From: Eledone cirrhosa
Taxonomy: Eukaryota
Reading direction: 5' to 3'
DNA length: 64,000 nucleotides
NCBI GenBank assembly: GCA_964016885.1
Contig: OZ024743.1
Coordinates: 370,264,001 to 370,328,000 of the forward strand
Shown here: piece after piece, positions 13,730 through 28,330 of the stretch
How the letters are laid out: each line of letters begins with the position of its first letter
Numbering within the stretch: the first letter of the stretch is position 1
The notes under the pieces: generated by a model
What the model saw: only the letters and a program-made list of their open reading frames with translations
What the model was told of the DNA's origin: nothing
Databases searched by the model: none
Position numbers and translations under genes: made by a program

Positions 13730-16700
13730 TCCTTCTTCACCAAGCTATCGTTCTCTATCTTGTCTTTCCTCAAAATTTCCTTCTTCACCAAGCTATCGTT
13801 CTCTATCTTGTCTTTCCTCAAAACTTCCTTCTTCACCAAGCTATCGTTCTCTATCTTGTCTTTCCTCAAAATTTCCTTCTTCACCAAGCTATCGTTCTCT
13901 ATCTTGTCTTTCCTCAAAACTTCCTTCTTCACCAAGCTATCGTTCTCTATCTTGTCTTTCCTCAAAATTTCCTTCTTCACCAAGCTATCGTTCTCTATCT
14001 TGTCTTTCCTCAAAATTTCCTTCTCCACCAAGCTATCGTTCTCTATCTTGTCTTTCCTCAAAATTTCCTTCTTCACCAAGCTATCGTTCTCTATCTTGTC
14101 TTTCCTCAAAATTTCCTTCTTCACCAAGCTATCGTTCTCTATTTTGTCTTTCCTCAAAACTTCCTTCTTCACCAAGCTATCGTTCTCTATCTTGTCTTTC
14201 CTCAAAATTTCCTTCTTCACCAAGCTATCGTTCTCTATCTTGTCTTTCCTCAAAATTTCCTTCTTCACCAAGCTATCGTTCTCTATCTTGTCTTTCCTCA
14301 AAATTTCTTTCTTCACCAAGCTATCGTTCTCTATCATGTCTTTCCTCAAAATTTCCTTCTTCACCAAGCTATCGTTCTCTATCTTGTCTTTCCTCAAAAT
14401 TTCCTTCTTCACCAAGCTATCGTTCTCTATCTTGTCTTTCCTCAAAATTTCCTTCTTCACCAAGCTATCGTTCTCTATCTTGTCTTTCCTCAAAATTTCC
14501 TTCTTCACCAAGCTATCGTTCTCTATCTTGTCTTTCCTCAAAATTTCCTTCTTCACCAAGCTATCGTTCTCTATCTTGTCTTTCCTCAAAATTTCCTTCT
14601 TCACCAAGCTATCGTTCTCTATCTTGTCTTTCCTCAAAATTTCCTTCTTCACCAAGCTATTGTTCTCTATCTTGTCTTTCCTCAAAATTTCCTTCTTCAC
14701 CAAGCTATCGTTCTCTATCTTGTCTTTCCGCAAAATTTCCTTCTTCACCAAGCTATCGTTCTCTATCTTGTCTTTCCTCAAAATTTCCTTCTTCACCAAG
14801 CTATCGTTCTCTATCTTGTCTTTCCTCAAAATTTCCTCCTACACCAAGCTATCGTTCTCTATCTTGTCTTTCCTCAAAATTTCCTTCTTCACCAAGCTAT
14901 CGTTCTCTATCTTGTCTTTCCTCAAAATTTCCTTCTTCACCAAGCTATCGTTCTCTATCTTGTCTTTCCTCAAAATTTCCTTCTTCACCAAGCTATCGTT
15001 CTCTATCTTGTCTTTCCTCAAAATTTCCTTGTTCACCAAGCTATCGTTCTCTATCTTGTCTTTCCTCAAAACTTCCTTCTTCACCAAGCTATCGTTCTCT
15101 ATCTTGTCTTTCCTCAAAATTTCCTTCTTCACCAAGCTATCGTTCTCTATCTTGTCTTACCTCAAAACTTCCTTCTTCACCAAGCTATCGTTCTCTATCT
15201 TGTCTTTCCTCAAAATTTCCTTCTCCACCAAGCTATCGTTCTCTATCTTGTCTTTCCTCAAAACTTCCTTCTTCACCAAGCTATCGTTCTCTATCTTGTC
15301 TTTCCTCAAAATTTCCTTTTTCACCAAGCTATCGTTCTCTACCTTGTCTTTCCTCAAAATTTCCTTCTTCACCAAGCTATCGTTCTCTATTTTGTCTTTC
15401 CTCAAAACTTCCTTCTTCACCAAGCTATCGTTCTCTATCTTGTCTTTCCTCAAAACTTCCTTCTTCACCAAGCTATCGTTCTCTATCTTGTCTTTCCTCA
15501 AAACTTCCTTCTTCACCAAGCTATCGTTCTCTATCTTGTCTTTCCTCAAAACTTCCTTCTTCACCAAGCTATCGTTCTCTATCTTGTCTTTCCTCAAAAC
15601 TTCCTTCTTCACCAAGCTATCGTTCTCTAACTTGTCTTTCCTCAAAACTTCCTTCTTCACCAAGCTATCGTTCTCTATCTTGTCTTTCCTCAAAACTTCC
15701 TTCTTCACCAAGCTATCGTTCTCTATCTTGTCTTTCCTCAAAATTTCCTTCTTCACCAAGCTATCGTTCTCTATCTTGTCTTTCCTCAAAACTTCCTTCT
15801 TCACCAAGCTATCGTTCTCTATCTTGTCTTTCCTCAAAATGTCCTTCTTCACCAAGCTATCGTTCTCTATCTTGTCTTTCCTCAAAACTTCCTTCTTCAC
15901 CAAGCTATCGTTCTCTATCTTGTCTTTCCTCAAAATTTCCTTCTTCACCAAGCTATCGTTCTCTATCTTGTCTTTCCTCAAAACTTCCTTCTTCACCAAG
16001 CTATCGTTCTCTATCTTATCTTTCTTCAAAACTTACTTCTTCACCAAGCTATCGTTCTCTATCTTGTCTTTCCTCAAAACTTCCTTCTTCACCAAGCTAT
16101 CGTTCTCTATCTTATCTTTCTTCAAAACTTCCTTCTTCACCAAGCTATCGTTCTCTATCTTGTCTTTCCTCAAAACTTCCTTCTTTACCAAGCTATCGTT
16201 CTCTATCTTGTCTTTCCTCAAAACCTCCTTCTTCAGCAAGCTATCGTTCTCTATCTTGTCTTTCCTCAAAACTTCCTTCTTCACCAAGCTATCGTTCTCT
16301 ATCTTGTCTTTCCTCAAAACTTCCTTCTTCAGCAAGCTATCGTTCTCTATCTTGTCTTTCCTCAAAACTTCCTTCTTCACCAAGCTATCGTTCTCTATCT
16401 TGTCTTTCCTCAAAACTTCCTTCTTCACCAAGCTATCGTTCTCTATCTTGTCTTTCCTCAAAACTTCCTTCTTCAGCAAGGTATCGTTCTCTATCTTGTC
16501 TTTCCTCAAAACTTCCTTCTTCACCAAGCTATCGTTGTCTATCTTGTCTTTCCTCAAAACTTCCTTCTTGACCAAGCTATCGTTCTCTATCTTGTCTTTC
16601 CTCAAAACTTCCTTCTTCACCAAGCTATCGTTCTCTATCTTGTCTTTGCTCAAAACTTCCTTCTTCACCAAGCTATCGTTCTCTATCTTGTCTTTCCTCA

Positions 16701-19700
16701 AAATTTCCTTCTTCGCCAAGCTATCGTTCTCTATCTTGTCTTTCCTCAAAATTTCCTTCTTCACCAAGCTATCGTTCTCTATCTTGTCTTTCCTCAAAAT
16801 TTCCCTCTTGACCAAGCTATCGTTCTCTATCTTGTCATTCCTCAAAATTTCCTTCTTCACCAAGCTATCGTTCTCTATCTTGTCTTTCCTCAAAATTTCC
16901 TTCTTCACCAAGCTATCGTTCTCTATCTTGTCTTTCCTCAAAATTTCCTTCTTCACCAAGCTATCGTTCTCTATCTTGTCTTTCCTCAAAATTTCCTTCT
17001 TCACCAAGCTATCGTTCTCTATCTTGTCTTTCCTCAAAATTTCCTTCTTCACCAAGCTATCGTTCTCTATCTTGTCTTTCCTCAAAATTTCCTTCTTCAC
17101 CAAGCTATCGTTCTCTATCTTGTCTTTCCTCAAAACTTCCTTCTTCACCAAGCTATCGTTCTCTATCTTGTCATTCCTCAAAATTTCCTTCTTCACCAAG
17201 CTATCGTTCTCTATCTTGTCTTTCCTCAAAATTTCCTTCTTCACCAAGCTATCGTTCTCTATCTTGTCTTTCCTCAAAATTTCCTTCTTCACCAAGCTAT
17301 CGTTCTCTATCTTGTCTTTCCTCAAAATTTCATTTCTTTACCAAGCTATCGTTCTCTATCTTGTCTTTCCTCAAAATTTCCTTCTTCACCAAGCTATCGT
17401 TCTCTATCTTGTCTTTCCTCAAAATTTCCTTCTTCACCAAGCTATCGTTCTCTATCTTGTCTTTCCTCAAAATTTCCTTCTTCACCAAGCTATCGTTCTC
17501 TATCTTGTCTTTCCTCAAAATTTCCTTCTTCACCAAGCTATCGTTCTCTATCTTGTCTTTCCTCAAAATTTCCTTCTTCACCAAGCTATCGTTCTCTATC
17601 TTGTCTTTCCTCAACATTTCCTTCTTCACCAAGCTATCGTTCTCTATCTTGTCTTTCCTCAAAATTTCCTTCTTCACCAAGCTATCGTCCTCTATCTTGT
17701 CTTTCCTCAAAATTTCCTTCTTCACCAAGTTATCGTTCTCTATCTTGTCTTTCCTCAAAATTTCCTTCTTCACCAAGCTATCGTTCTCTATCTTGTCTTT
17801 CCTCAAAACTTTCTTCTTCACCAAGCTATCGTTCTCTATCTTGTCTTTCCTCAAAATTTCCTTCTTCACCAAGCTATCGTTCTCTATCTTGTCTTTCCTC
17901 AAAACTTCCTTCTTCACCAAGCTATCGTTCTCTATCTTGTCTTTCCTCAAAATTTCCTTCTTCACCAAGCTATCGTTCTCTATCTTGTCTTTCCTCAAAA
18001 TTTACTTCTTCACCAAGCTATCGTTCTCTATCTTGTCTTTGCTCAAAATTTCCTTCTTCACCAAGCTATCGTTCTCTATCTTGTCTTTCCTCAAAATTTC
18101 CTTCTTCACCAAGCTATCGTTCTCTATCTTGTCTTTCCTCAAAATTTCCTTCTTCACCAAGCTATCGTTCTCTATCTTGTCTTTCCTCAAAACTTCCTTC
18201 TTCACCAAGCTATCGTTCTCTATCTTGTCTTTCCTCAAAATTTCCTTCTTCACCAAGCTATCGTTCTCTATCTTGTCTTTCCTCAAAACTTCCTTCTTCA
18301 CCAAGCTATCGTTCTCTATCTTGTCTTTCCTCAAAATTTCCTTCTTCACCAAGCTATCGTTCTCTATCTTGTCTTTCCTCAAAATTTCCTTCTCCACCAA
18401 GCTATCGTTCTCTATCTTGTCTTTCCTCAAAATTTCCTTCTTCACCAAGCTATCGTTCTCTATCTTGTCTTTCCTCAAAATTTCCTTCTTCACCAAGCTA
18501 TCGTTCTCTATCTTGTCTTTCCTCAAAACTTCCTTCTTCACCAAGCTATCGTTCTCTATCTTGTCTTTCCTCAAAATTTCCTTCTTCACCAAGCTATCGT
18601 TCTCTATCTTGTCTTTCCTCAAAATTTCCTTCTTCACCAAGCTATCGTTCTCTATCTTGTCTTTCCTCAAAATTTCTTTCTTCACCAAGCTATCGTTCTC
18701 TATCATGTCTTTCCTCAAAATTTCCTTCTTCACCAAGCTATCGTTCTCTATCTTGTCTTTCCTCAAAATTTCCTTCTTCACCAAGCTATCGTTCTCTATC
18801 TTGTCTTTCCTCAAAATTTCCTTCTTCACCAAGCTATCGTTCTCTATCTTGTCTTTCCTCAAAATTTCCTTCTTCACCAAGCTATCGTTCTCTATCTTGT
18901 CTTTCCTCAAAATTTCCTTCTTCACCAAGCTATCGTTCTCTATCTTGTCTTTCCTCAAAATTTCCTTCTTCACCAAGCTATCGTTCTCTATCTTGTCTTT
19001 CCTCAAAATTTCCTTCTTCACCAAGCTATTGTTCTCTATCTTGTCTTTCCTCAAAATTTCCTTCTTCACCAAGCTATCGTTCTCTATCTTGTCTTTCCTC
19101 AAAATTTCCTTCTTCACCAAGCTATCGTTCTCTATCTTGTCTTTCCTCAAAACTTCCTTCTTCACCAAGCTATCGTTCTCTATCTTGTCTTTCCTCAAAA
19201 CTTCCTTCTTCACCAAGCTATCGTTCTCTATCTTGTCTTTCCTCAAAATTTCCTTCTTCACCAAGCTATCGTTCTCTATCTTGTCTTTCCTCAAAACTTC
19301 CTTCTTCACCAAGCTATCGTTCTCTATCTTGTCTTTCCTCAAAATGTCCTTCTTCACCAAGCTATCGTTCTCTATCTTGTCTTTCCTCAAAACTTCCTTC
19401 TTCACCAAGCTATCGTTCTCTATCTTGTCTTTCCTCAAAATTTCCTTCTTCACCAAGCTATCGTTCTCTATCTTGTCTTTCCTCAAAACTTCCTTCTTCA
19501 CCAAGCTATCGTTCTCTATCTTATCTTTCTTCAAAACTTACTTCTTCACCAAGCTATCGTTCTCTATCTTGTCTTTCCTCAAAACTTCCTTCTTCACCAA
19601 GCTATCGTTCTCTATCTTATCTTTCTTCAAAACTTCCTTCTTCACCAAGCTATCGTTCTCTATCTTGTCTTTCCTCAAAACTTCCTTCTTTACCAAGCTA

Positions 19701-22700
19701 TCGTTCTCTATCTTGTCTTTCCTCAAAACCTCCTTCTTCAGCAAGCTATCGTTCTCTATCTTGTCTTTCCTCAAAACTTCCTTCTTCACCAAGCTATCGT
19801 TCTCTATCTTGTCTTTCCTCAAAACTTCCTTCTTCAGCAAGCTATCGTTCTCTATCTTGTCTTTCCTCAAAACTTCCTTCTTCACCAAGCTATCGTTCTC
19901 TATCTTGTCTTTCCTCAAAACTTCCTTCTTCACCAAGCTATCGTTCTCTATCTTGTCTTTCCTCAAAACTTCCTTCTTCAGCAAGGTATCGTTCTCTATC
20001 TTGTCTTTCCTCAAAACTTCCTTCTTCACCAAGCTATCGTTGTCTATCTTGTCTTTCCTCAAAACTTCCTTCTTGACCAAGCTATCGTTCTCTATCTTGT
20101 CTTTCCTCAAAACTTCCTTCTTCACCAAGCTATCGTTCTCTATCTTGTCTTTGCTCAAAACTTCCTTCTTCACCAAGCTATCGTTCTCTATCTTGTCTTT
20201 CCTCAAAATTTCCTTCTTCGCCAAGCTATCGTTCTCTATCTTGTCTTTCCTCAAAATTTCCTTCTTCACCAAGCTATCGTTCTCTATCTTGTCTTTCCTC
20301 AAAATTTCCCTCTTGACCAAGCTATCGTTCTCTATCTTGTCATTCCTCAAAATTTCCTTCTTCACCAAGCTATCGTTCTCTATCTTGTCTTTCCTCAAAA
20401 TTTCCTTCTTCACCAAGCTATCGTTCTCTATCTTGTCTTTCCTCAAAATTTCCTTCTTCACCAAGCTATCGTTCTCTATCTTGTCTTTCCTCAAAATTTC
20501 CTTCTTCACCAAGCTATCGTTCTCTATCTTGTCTTTCCTCAAAATTTCCTTCTTCACCAAGCTATCGTTCTCTATCTTGTCTTTCCTCAAAATTTCCTTC
20601 TTCACCAAGCTATCGTTCTCTATCTTGTCTTTCCTCAAAACTTCCTTCTTCACCAAGCTATCGTTCTCTATCTTGTCATTCCTCAAAATTTCCTTCTTCA
20701 CCAAGCTATCGTTCTCTATCTTGTCTTTCCTCAAAATTTCCTTCTTCACCAAGCTATCGTTCTCTATCTTGTCTTTCCTCAAAATTTCCTTCTTCACCAA
20801 GCTATCGTTCTCTATCTTGTCTTTCCTCAAAATTTCATTTCTTTACCAAGCTATCGTTCTCTATCTTGTCTTTCCTCAAAATTTCCTTCTTCACCAAGCT
20901 ATCGTTCTCTATCTTGTCTTTCCTCAAAATTTCCTTCTTCACCAAGCTATCGTTCTCTATCTTGTCTTTCCTCAAAATTTCCTTCTTCACCAAGCTATCG
21001 TTCTCTATCTTGTCTTTCCTCAAAATTTCCTTCTTCACCAAGCTATCGTTCTCTATCTTGTCTTTCCTCAAAATTTCCTTCTTCACCAAGCTATCGTTCT
21101 CTATCTTGTCTTTCCTCAACATTTCCTTCTTCACCAAGCTATCGTTCTCTATCTTGTCTTTCCTCAAAATTTCCTTCTTCACCAAGCTATCGTCCTCTAT
21201 CTTGTCTTTCCTCAAAATTTCCTTCTTCACCAAGTTATCGTTCTCTATCTTGTCTTTCCTCAAAATTTCCTTCTTCACCAAGCTATCGTTCTCTATCTTG
21301 TCTTTCCTCAAAACTTTCTTCTTCACCAAGCTATCGTTCTCTATCTTGTCTTTCCTCAAAATTTCCTTCTTCACCAAGCTATCGTTCTCTATCTTGTCTT
21401 TCCTCAAAACTTCCTTCTTCACCAAGCTATCGTTCTCTATCTTGTCTTTCCTCAAAATTTCCTTCTTCACCAAGCTATCGTTCTCTATCTTGTCTTTCCT
21501 CAAAATTTACTTCTTCACCAAGCTATCGTTCTCTATCTTGTCTTTGCTCAAAATTTACTTCTTCACCAAGCTATCGTTCTCTATCTTGTCTCTCCTCAAA
21601 ATTTCCTTCTTCACCAAGCTATCGTTCTCTATCTTGTCTTTCCTCAAAACTTCCTTCTTCACCAAGCTATCGTTCTCTATCTTGTCTTTCCTCAAAATTT
21701 CCTTCTTCACCAAGCTATCGTTCTCTATCTTGTCTTTCCTCAAAACTTCCTTCTTCACCAAGCTATCGTTCTCTATCTTGTCTTTCCTCAAAATTTCCTT
21801 CTTCACCAAGCTATCGTTCTCTATCTTGTCTTTCCTCAAAATTTCCTTCTCCACCAAGCTATCGTTCTCTATCTTGTCTTTCCTCAAAATTTCCTTCTTC
21901 ACCAAGCTATCGTTCTCTATCTTGTCTTTCCTCAAAATTTCCTTCTTCACCAAGCTATCGTTCTCTATCTTGTCTTTCCTCAAAACTTCCTTCTTCACCA
22001 AGCTATCGTTCTCTATCTTGTCTTTCCTCAAAATTTCCTTCTTCACCAAGCTATCGTTCTCTATCTTGTCTTTCCTCAAAATTTCCTTCTTCACCAAGCT
22101 ATCGTTCTCTATCTTGTCTTTCCTCAAAATTTCTTTCTTCACCAAGCTATCGTTCTCTATCATGTCTTTCCTCAAAATTTCCTTCTTCACCAAGCTATCG
22201 TTCTCTATCTTGTCTTTCCTCAAAATTTCCTTCTTCACCAAGCTATCGTTCTCTATCTTGTCTTTCCTCAAAATTTCCTTCTTCACCAAGCTATCGTTCT
22301 CTATCTTGTCTTTCCTCAAAATTTCCTTCTTCACCAAGCTATCGTTCTCTATCTTGTCTTTCCTCAAAATTTCCTTCTTCACCAAGCTATCGTTCTCTAT
22401 CTTGTCTTTCCTCAAAATTTCCTTCTTCACCAAGCTATCGTTCTCTATCTTGTCTTTCCTCAAAATTTCCTTCTTCACCAAGCTATTGTTCTCTATCTTG
22501 TCTTTCCTCAAAATTTCCTTCTTCACCAAGCTATCGTTCTCTATCTTGTCTTTCCTCAAAATTTCCTTCTTCACCAAGCTATCGTTCTCTATCTTGTCTT
22601 TCCTCAAAATTTCCTTCTTCACCAAGCTATCGTTCTCTATCTTGTCTTTCCTCAAAATTTCCTCCTACACCAAGCTATCGTTCTCTATCTTGTCTTTCCT

Positions 22701-25700
22701 CAAAATTTCCTTCTTCACCAAGCTATCGTTCTCTATCTTGTCTTTCCTCAAAATTTCCTTCTTCACCAAGCTATCGTTCTCTATCTTGTCTTTCCTCAAA
22801 ATTTCCTTCTTCACCAAGCTATCGTTCTCTATCTTGTCTTTCCTCAAAATTTCCTTGTTCACCAAGCTATCGTTCTCTATCTTGTCTTTCCTCAAAACTT
22901 CCTTCTTCACCAAGCTATCGTTCTCTATCTTGTCTTTCCTCAAAATTTCCTTCTTCACCAAGCTATCGTTCTCTATCTTGTCTTACCTCAAAACTTCCTT
23001 CTTCACCAAGCTATCGTTCTCTATCTTGTCTTTCCTCAAAATTTCCTTCTCCACCAAGCTATCGTTCTCTATCTTGTCTTTCCTCAAAACTTCCTTCTTC
23101 ACCAAGCTATCGTTCTCTATCTTGTCTTTCCTCAAAATTTCCTTTTTCACCAAGCTATCGTTCTCTACCTTGTCTTTCCTCAAAATTTCCTTCTTCACCA
23201 AGCTATCGTTCTCTATCTTGTCTTTCCTCAAAATTTCCTTCTTCACCAAGCTATCGTTCTCTATCTTGTCTTTCCTCAAAATTTCATTTCTTTACCAAGC
23301 TATCGTTCTCTATCTTGTCTTTCCTCAAAATTTCCTTCTTCACCAAGCTATCGTTCTCTATCTTGTCTTTCCTCAAAATTTCCTTCTTCACCAAGCTATC
23401 GTTCTCTATCTTGTCTTTCCTCAAAATTTCCTTCTTCACCAAGCTATCGTTCTCTATCTTGTCTTTCCTCAAAATTTCCTTCTTCACCAAGCTATCGTTC
23501 TCTATCTTGTCTTTCCTCAAAATTTCCTTCTTCACCAAGCTATCGTTCTCTATCTTGTCTTTCCTCAACATTTCCTTCTTCACCAAGCTATCGTTCTCTA
23601 TCTTGTCTTTCCTCAAAATTTCCTTCTTCACCAAGCTATCGTCCTCTATCTTGTCTTTCCTCAAAATTTCCTTCTTCACCAAGTTATCGTTCTCTATCTT
23701 GTCTTTCCTCAAAATTTCCTTCTTCACCAAGCTATCGTTCTCTATCTTGTCTTTCCTCAAAACTTTCTTCTTCACCAAGCTATCGTTCTCTATCTTGTCT
23801 TTCCTCAAAATTTCCTTCTTCACCAAGCTATCGTTCTCTATCTTGTCTTTCCTCAAAACTTCCTTCTTCACCAAGCTATCGTTCTCTATCTTGTCTTTCC
23901 TCAAAATTTCCTTCTTCACCAAGCTATCGTTCTCTATCTTGTCTTTCCTCAAAATTTACTTCTTCACCAAGCTATCGTTCTCTATCTTGTCTTTGCTCAA
24001 AATTTCCTTCTTCACCAAGCTATCGTTCTCTATCTTGTCTTTCCTCAAAATTTCCTTCTTCACCAAGCTATCGTTCTCTATCTTGTCTTTCCTCAAAATT
24101 TCCTTCTTCACCAAGCTATCGTTCTCTATCTTGTCTTTCCTCAAAACTTCCTTCTTCACCAAGCTATCGTTCTCTATCTTGTCTTTCCTCAAAATTTCCT
24201 TCTTCACCAAGCTATCGTTCTCTATCTTGTCTTTCCTCAAAACTTCCTTCTTCACCAAGCTATCGTTCTCTATCTTGTCTTTCCTCAAAATTTCCTTCTT
24301 CACCAAGCTATCGTTCTCTATCTTGTCTTTCCTCAAAATTTCCTTCTCCACCAAGCTATCGTTCTCTATCTTGTCTTTCCTCAAAATTTCCTTCTTCACC
24401 AAGCTATCGTTCTCTATCTTGTCTTTCCTCAAAATTTCCTTCTTCACCAAGCTATCGTTCTCTATCTTGTCTTTCCTCAAAACTTCCTTCTTCACCAAGC
24501 TATCGTTCTCTATCTTGTCTTTCCTCAAAATTTCCTTCTTCACCAAGCTATCGTTCTCTATCTTGTCTTTCCTCAAAATTTCCTTCTTCACCAAGCTATC
24601 GTTCTCTATCTTGTCTTTCCTCAAAATTTCTTTCTTCACCAAGCTATCGTTCTCTATCATGTCTTTCCTCAAAATTTCCTTCTTCACCAAGCTATCGTTC
24701 TCTATCTTGTCTTTCTTCAAAATTTCCTTCTTCACCAAGCTATCGTTCTCTATCTTGTCTTTCCTCAAAATTTCCTTCTTCACCAAGCTATCGTTCTCTA
24801 TCTTGTCTTTCCTCAAAATTTCCTTCTTCACCAAGCTATCGTTCTCTATCTTGTCTTTCCTCAAAATTTCCTTCTTCACCAAGCTATCGTTCTCTATCTT
24901 GTCTTTCCTCAAAATTTCCTTCTTCACCAAGCTATCGTTCTCTATCTTGTCTTTCCTCAAAATTTCCTTCTTCACCAAGCTATTGTTCTCTATCTTGTCT
25001 TTCCTCAAAATTTCCTTCTTCACCAAGCTATCGTTCTCTATCTTGTCTTTCCTCAAAATTTCCTTCTTCACCAAGCTATCGTTCTCTATCTTGTCTTTCC
25101 TCAAAATTTCCTTCTTCACCAAGCTATCGTTCTCTATCTTGTCTTTCCTCAAAATTTCCTCCTACACCAAGCTATCGTTCTCTATCTTGTCTTTCCTCAA
25201 AATTTCCTTCTTCACCAAGCTATCGTTCTCTATCTTGTCTTTCCTCAAAATTTCCTTCTTCACCAAGCTATCGTTCTCTATCTTGTCTTTCCTCAAAATT
25301 TCCTTCTTCACCAAGCTATCGTTCTCTATCTTGTCTTTCCTCAAAATTTCCTTGTTCACCAAGCTATCGTTCTCTATCTTGTCTTTCCTCAAAACTTCCT
25401 TCTTCACCAAGCTATCGTTCTCTATCTTGTCTTTCCTCAAAATTTCCTTCTTCACCAAGCTATCGTTCTCTATCTTGTCTTACCTCAAAACTTCCTTCTT
25501 CACCAAGCTATCGTTCTCTATCTTGTCTTTCCTCAAAATTTCCTTCTCCACCAAGCTATCGTTCTCTATCTTGTCTTTCCTCAAAACTTCCTTCTTCACC
25601 AAGCTATCGTTCTCTATCTTGTCTTTCCTCAAAATTTCCTTTTTCACCAAGCTATCGTTCTCTACCTTGTCTTTCCTCAAAATTTCCTTCTTCACCAAGC

Positions 25701-28330
25701 TATCGTTCTCTATTTTGTCTTTCCTCAAAACTTCCTTCTTCACCAAGCTATCGTTCTCTATCTTGTCTTTCCTCAAAACTTCCTTCTTCACCAAGCTATC
25801 GTTCTCTATCTTGTCTTTCCTCAAAACTTCCTTCTTCACCAAGCTATCGTTCTCTATCTTGTCTTTCCTCAAAACTTCCTTCTTCACCAAGCTATCGTTC
25901 TCTATCTTGTCTTTCCTCAAAACTTCCTTCTTCACCAAGCTATCGTTCTCTATCTTGTCTTTCCTCAAAACTTCCTTCTTCACCAAGCTATCGTTCTCTA
26001 TCTTGTCTTTCCTCAAAACTTCCTTCTTCACCAAGCTATCGTTCTCTATCTTGTCTTTCCTCAAAATTTCCTTCTTCACCAAGCTATCGTTCTCTATCTT
26101 GTCTTTCCTCAAAACTTCCTTCTTCACCAAGCTATCGTTCTCTATCTTGTCTTTCCTCAAAATGTCCTTCTTCACCAAGCTATCGTTCTCTATCTTGTCT
26201 TTCCTCAAAACTTCCTTCTTCACCAAGCTATCGTTCTCTATCTTGTCTTTCCTCAAAATTTCCTTCTTCACCAAGCTATCGTTCTCTATCTTGTCTTTCC
26301 TCAAAACTTCCTTCTTCACCAAGCTATCGTTCTCTATCTTATCTTTCTTCAAAACTTACTTCTTCACCAAGCTATCGTTCTCTATCTTGTCTTTCCTCAA
26401 AACTTCCTTCTTCACCAAGCTATCGTTCTCTATCTTATCTTTCTTCAAAACTTCCTTCTTCACCAAGCTATCGTTCTCTATCTTGTCTTTCCTCAAAACT
26501 TCCTTCTTTACCAAGCTATCGTTCTCTATCTTGTCTTTCCTCAAAACCTCCTTCTTCAGCAAGCTATCGTTCTCTATCTTGTCTTTCCTCAAAACTTCCT
26601 TCTTCACCAAGCTATCGTTCTCTATCTTGTCTTTCCTCAAAACTTCCTTCTTCAGCAAGCTATCGTTCTCTATCTTGTCTTTCCTCAAAACTTCCTTCTT
26701 CACCAAGCTATCGTTCTCTATCTTGTCTTTCCTCAAAACTTCCTTCTTCACCAAGCTATCGTTCTCTATCTTGTCTTTCCTCAAAACTTCCTTCTTCAGC
26801 AAGGTATCGTTCTCTATCTTGTCTTTCCTCAAAACTTCCTTCTTCACCAAGCTATCGTTGTCTATCTTGTCTTTCCTCAAAACTTCCTTCTTGACCAAGC
26901 TATCGTTCTCTATCTTGTCTTTCCTCAAAACTTCCTTCTTCACCAAGCTATCGTTCTCTATCTTGTCTTTGCTCAAAACTTCCTTCTTCACCAAGCTATC
27001 GTTCTCTATCTTGTCTTTCCTCAAAATTTCCTTCTTCGCCAAGCTATCGTTCTCTATCTTGTCTTTCCTCAAAATTTCCTTCTTCACCAAGCTATCGTTC
27101 TCTATCTTGTCTTTCCTCAAAATTTCCCTCTTGACCAAGCTATCGTTCTCTATCTTGTCATTCCTCAAAATTTCCTTCTTCACCAAGCTATCGTTCTCTA
27201 TCTTGTCTTTCCTCAAAATTTCCTTCTTCACCAAGCTATCGTTCTCTATCTTGTCTTTCCTCAAAATTTCCTTCTTCACCAAGCTATCGTTCTCTATCTT
27301 GTCTTTCCTCAAAATTTCCTTCTTCACCAAGCTATCGTTCTCTATCTTGTCTTTCCTCAAAATTTCCTTCTTCACCAAGCTATCGTTCTCTATCTTGTCT
27401 TTCCTCAAAATTTCCTTCTTCACCAAGCTATCGTTCTCTATCTTGTCTTTCCTCAAAACTTCCTTCTTCACCAAGCTATCGTTCTCTATCTTGTCATTCC
27501 TCAAAATTTCCTTCTTCACCAAGCTATCGTTCTCTATCTTGTCTTTCCTCAAAATTTCCTTCTTCACCAAGCTATCGTTCTCTATCTTGTCTTTCCTCAA
27601 AATTTCCTTCTTCACCAAGCTATCGTTCTCTATCTTGTCTTTCCTCAAAATTTCATTTCTTTACCAAGCTATCGTTCTCTATCTTGTCTTTCCTCAAAAT
27701 TTCCTTCTTCACCAAGCTATCGTTCTCTATCTTGTCTTTCCTCAAAATTTCCTTCTTCACCAAGCTATCGTTCTCTATCTTGTCTTTCCTCAAAATTTCC
27801 TTCTTCACCAAGCTATCGTTCTCTATCTTGTCTTTCCTCAAAATTTCCTTCTTCACCAAGCTATCGTTCTCTATCTTGTCTTTCCTCAAAATTTCCTTCT
27901 TCACCAAGCTATCGTTCTCTATCTTGTCTTTCCTCAACATTTCCTTCTTCACCAAGCTATCGTTCTCTATCTTGTCTTTCCTCAAAATTTCCTTCTTCAC
28001 CAAGCTATCGTCCTCTATCTTGTCTTTCCTCAAAATTTCCTTCTTCACCAAGTTATCGTTCTCTATCTTGTCTTTCCTCAAAATTTCCTTCTTCACCAAG
28101 CTATCGTTCTCTATCTTGTCTTTCCTCAAAACTTTCTTCTTCACCAAGCTATCGTTCTCTATCTTGTCTTTCCTCAAAATTTCCTTCTTCACCAAGCTAT
28201 CGTTCTCTATCTTGTCTTTCCTCAAAACTTCCTTCTTCACCAAGCTATCGTTCTCTATCTTGTCTTTCCTCAAAATTTCCTTCTTCACCAAGCTATCGTT
28301 CTCTATCTTGTCTTTCCTCAAAATTTACTT
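13730..28330. repeat. Dispersed direct duplication of ~4.3 kb (about 13730-18010 and 24050-28330; offset 10323), with a further partial copy at offset 3505
   Basis: Shared variants at offset 10323: ctccacc 14025/24348, tcatg 14337/24660, ctcctac 14839/25162, gtcttac 15157/25480, cttac 16033/26356, marker 17330/27653, tttac 18002/28325. At offset 3505: 16033/19538, 17330/20835, 18002/21507. Confidence 0.88.
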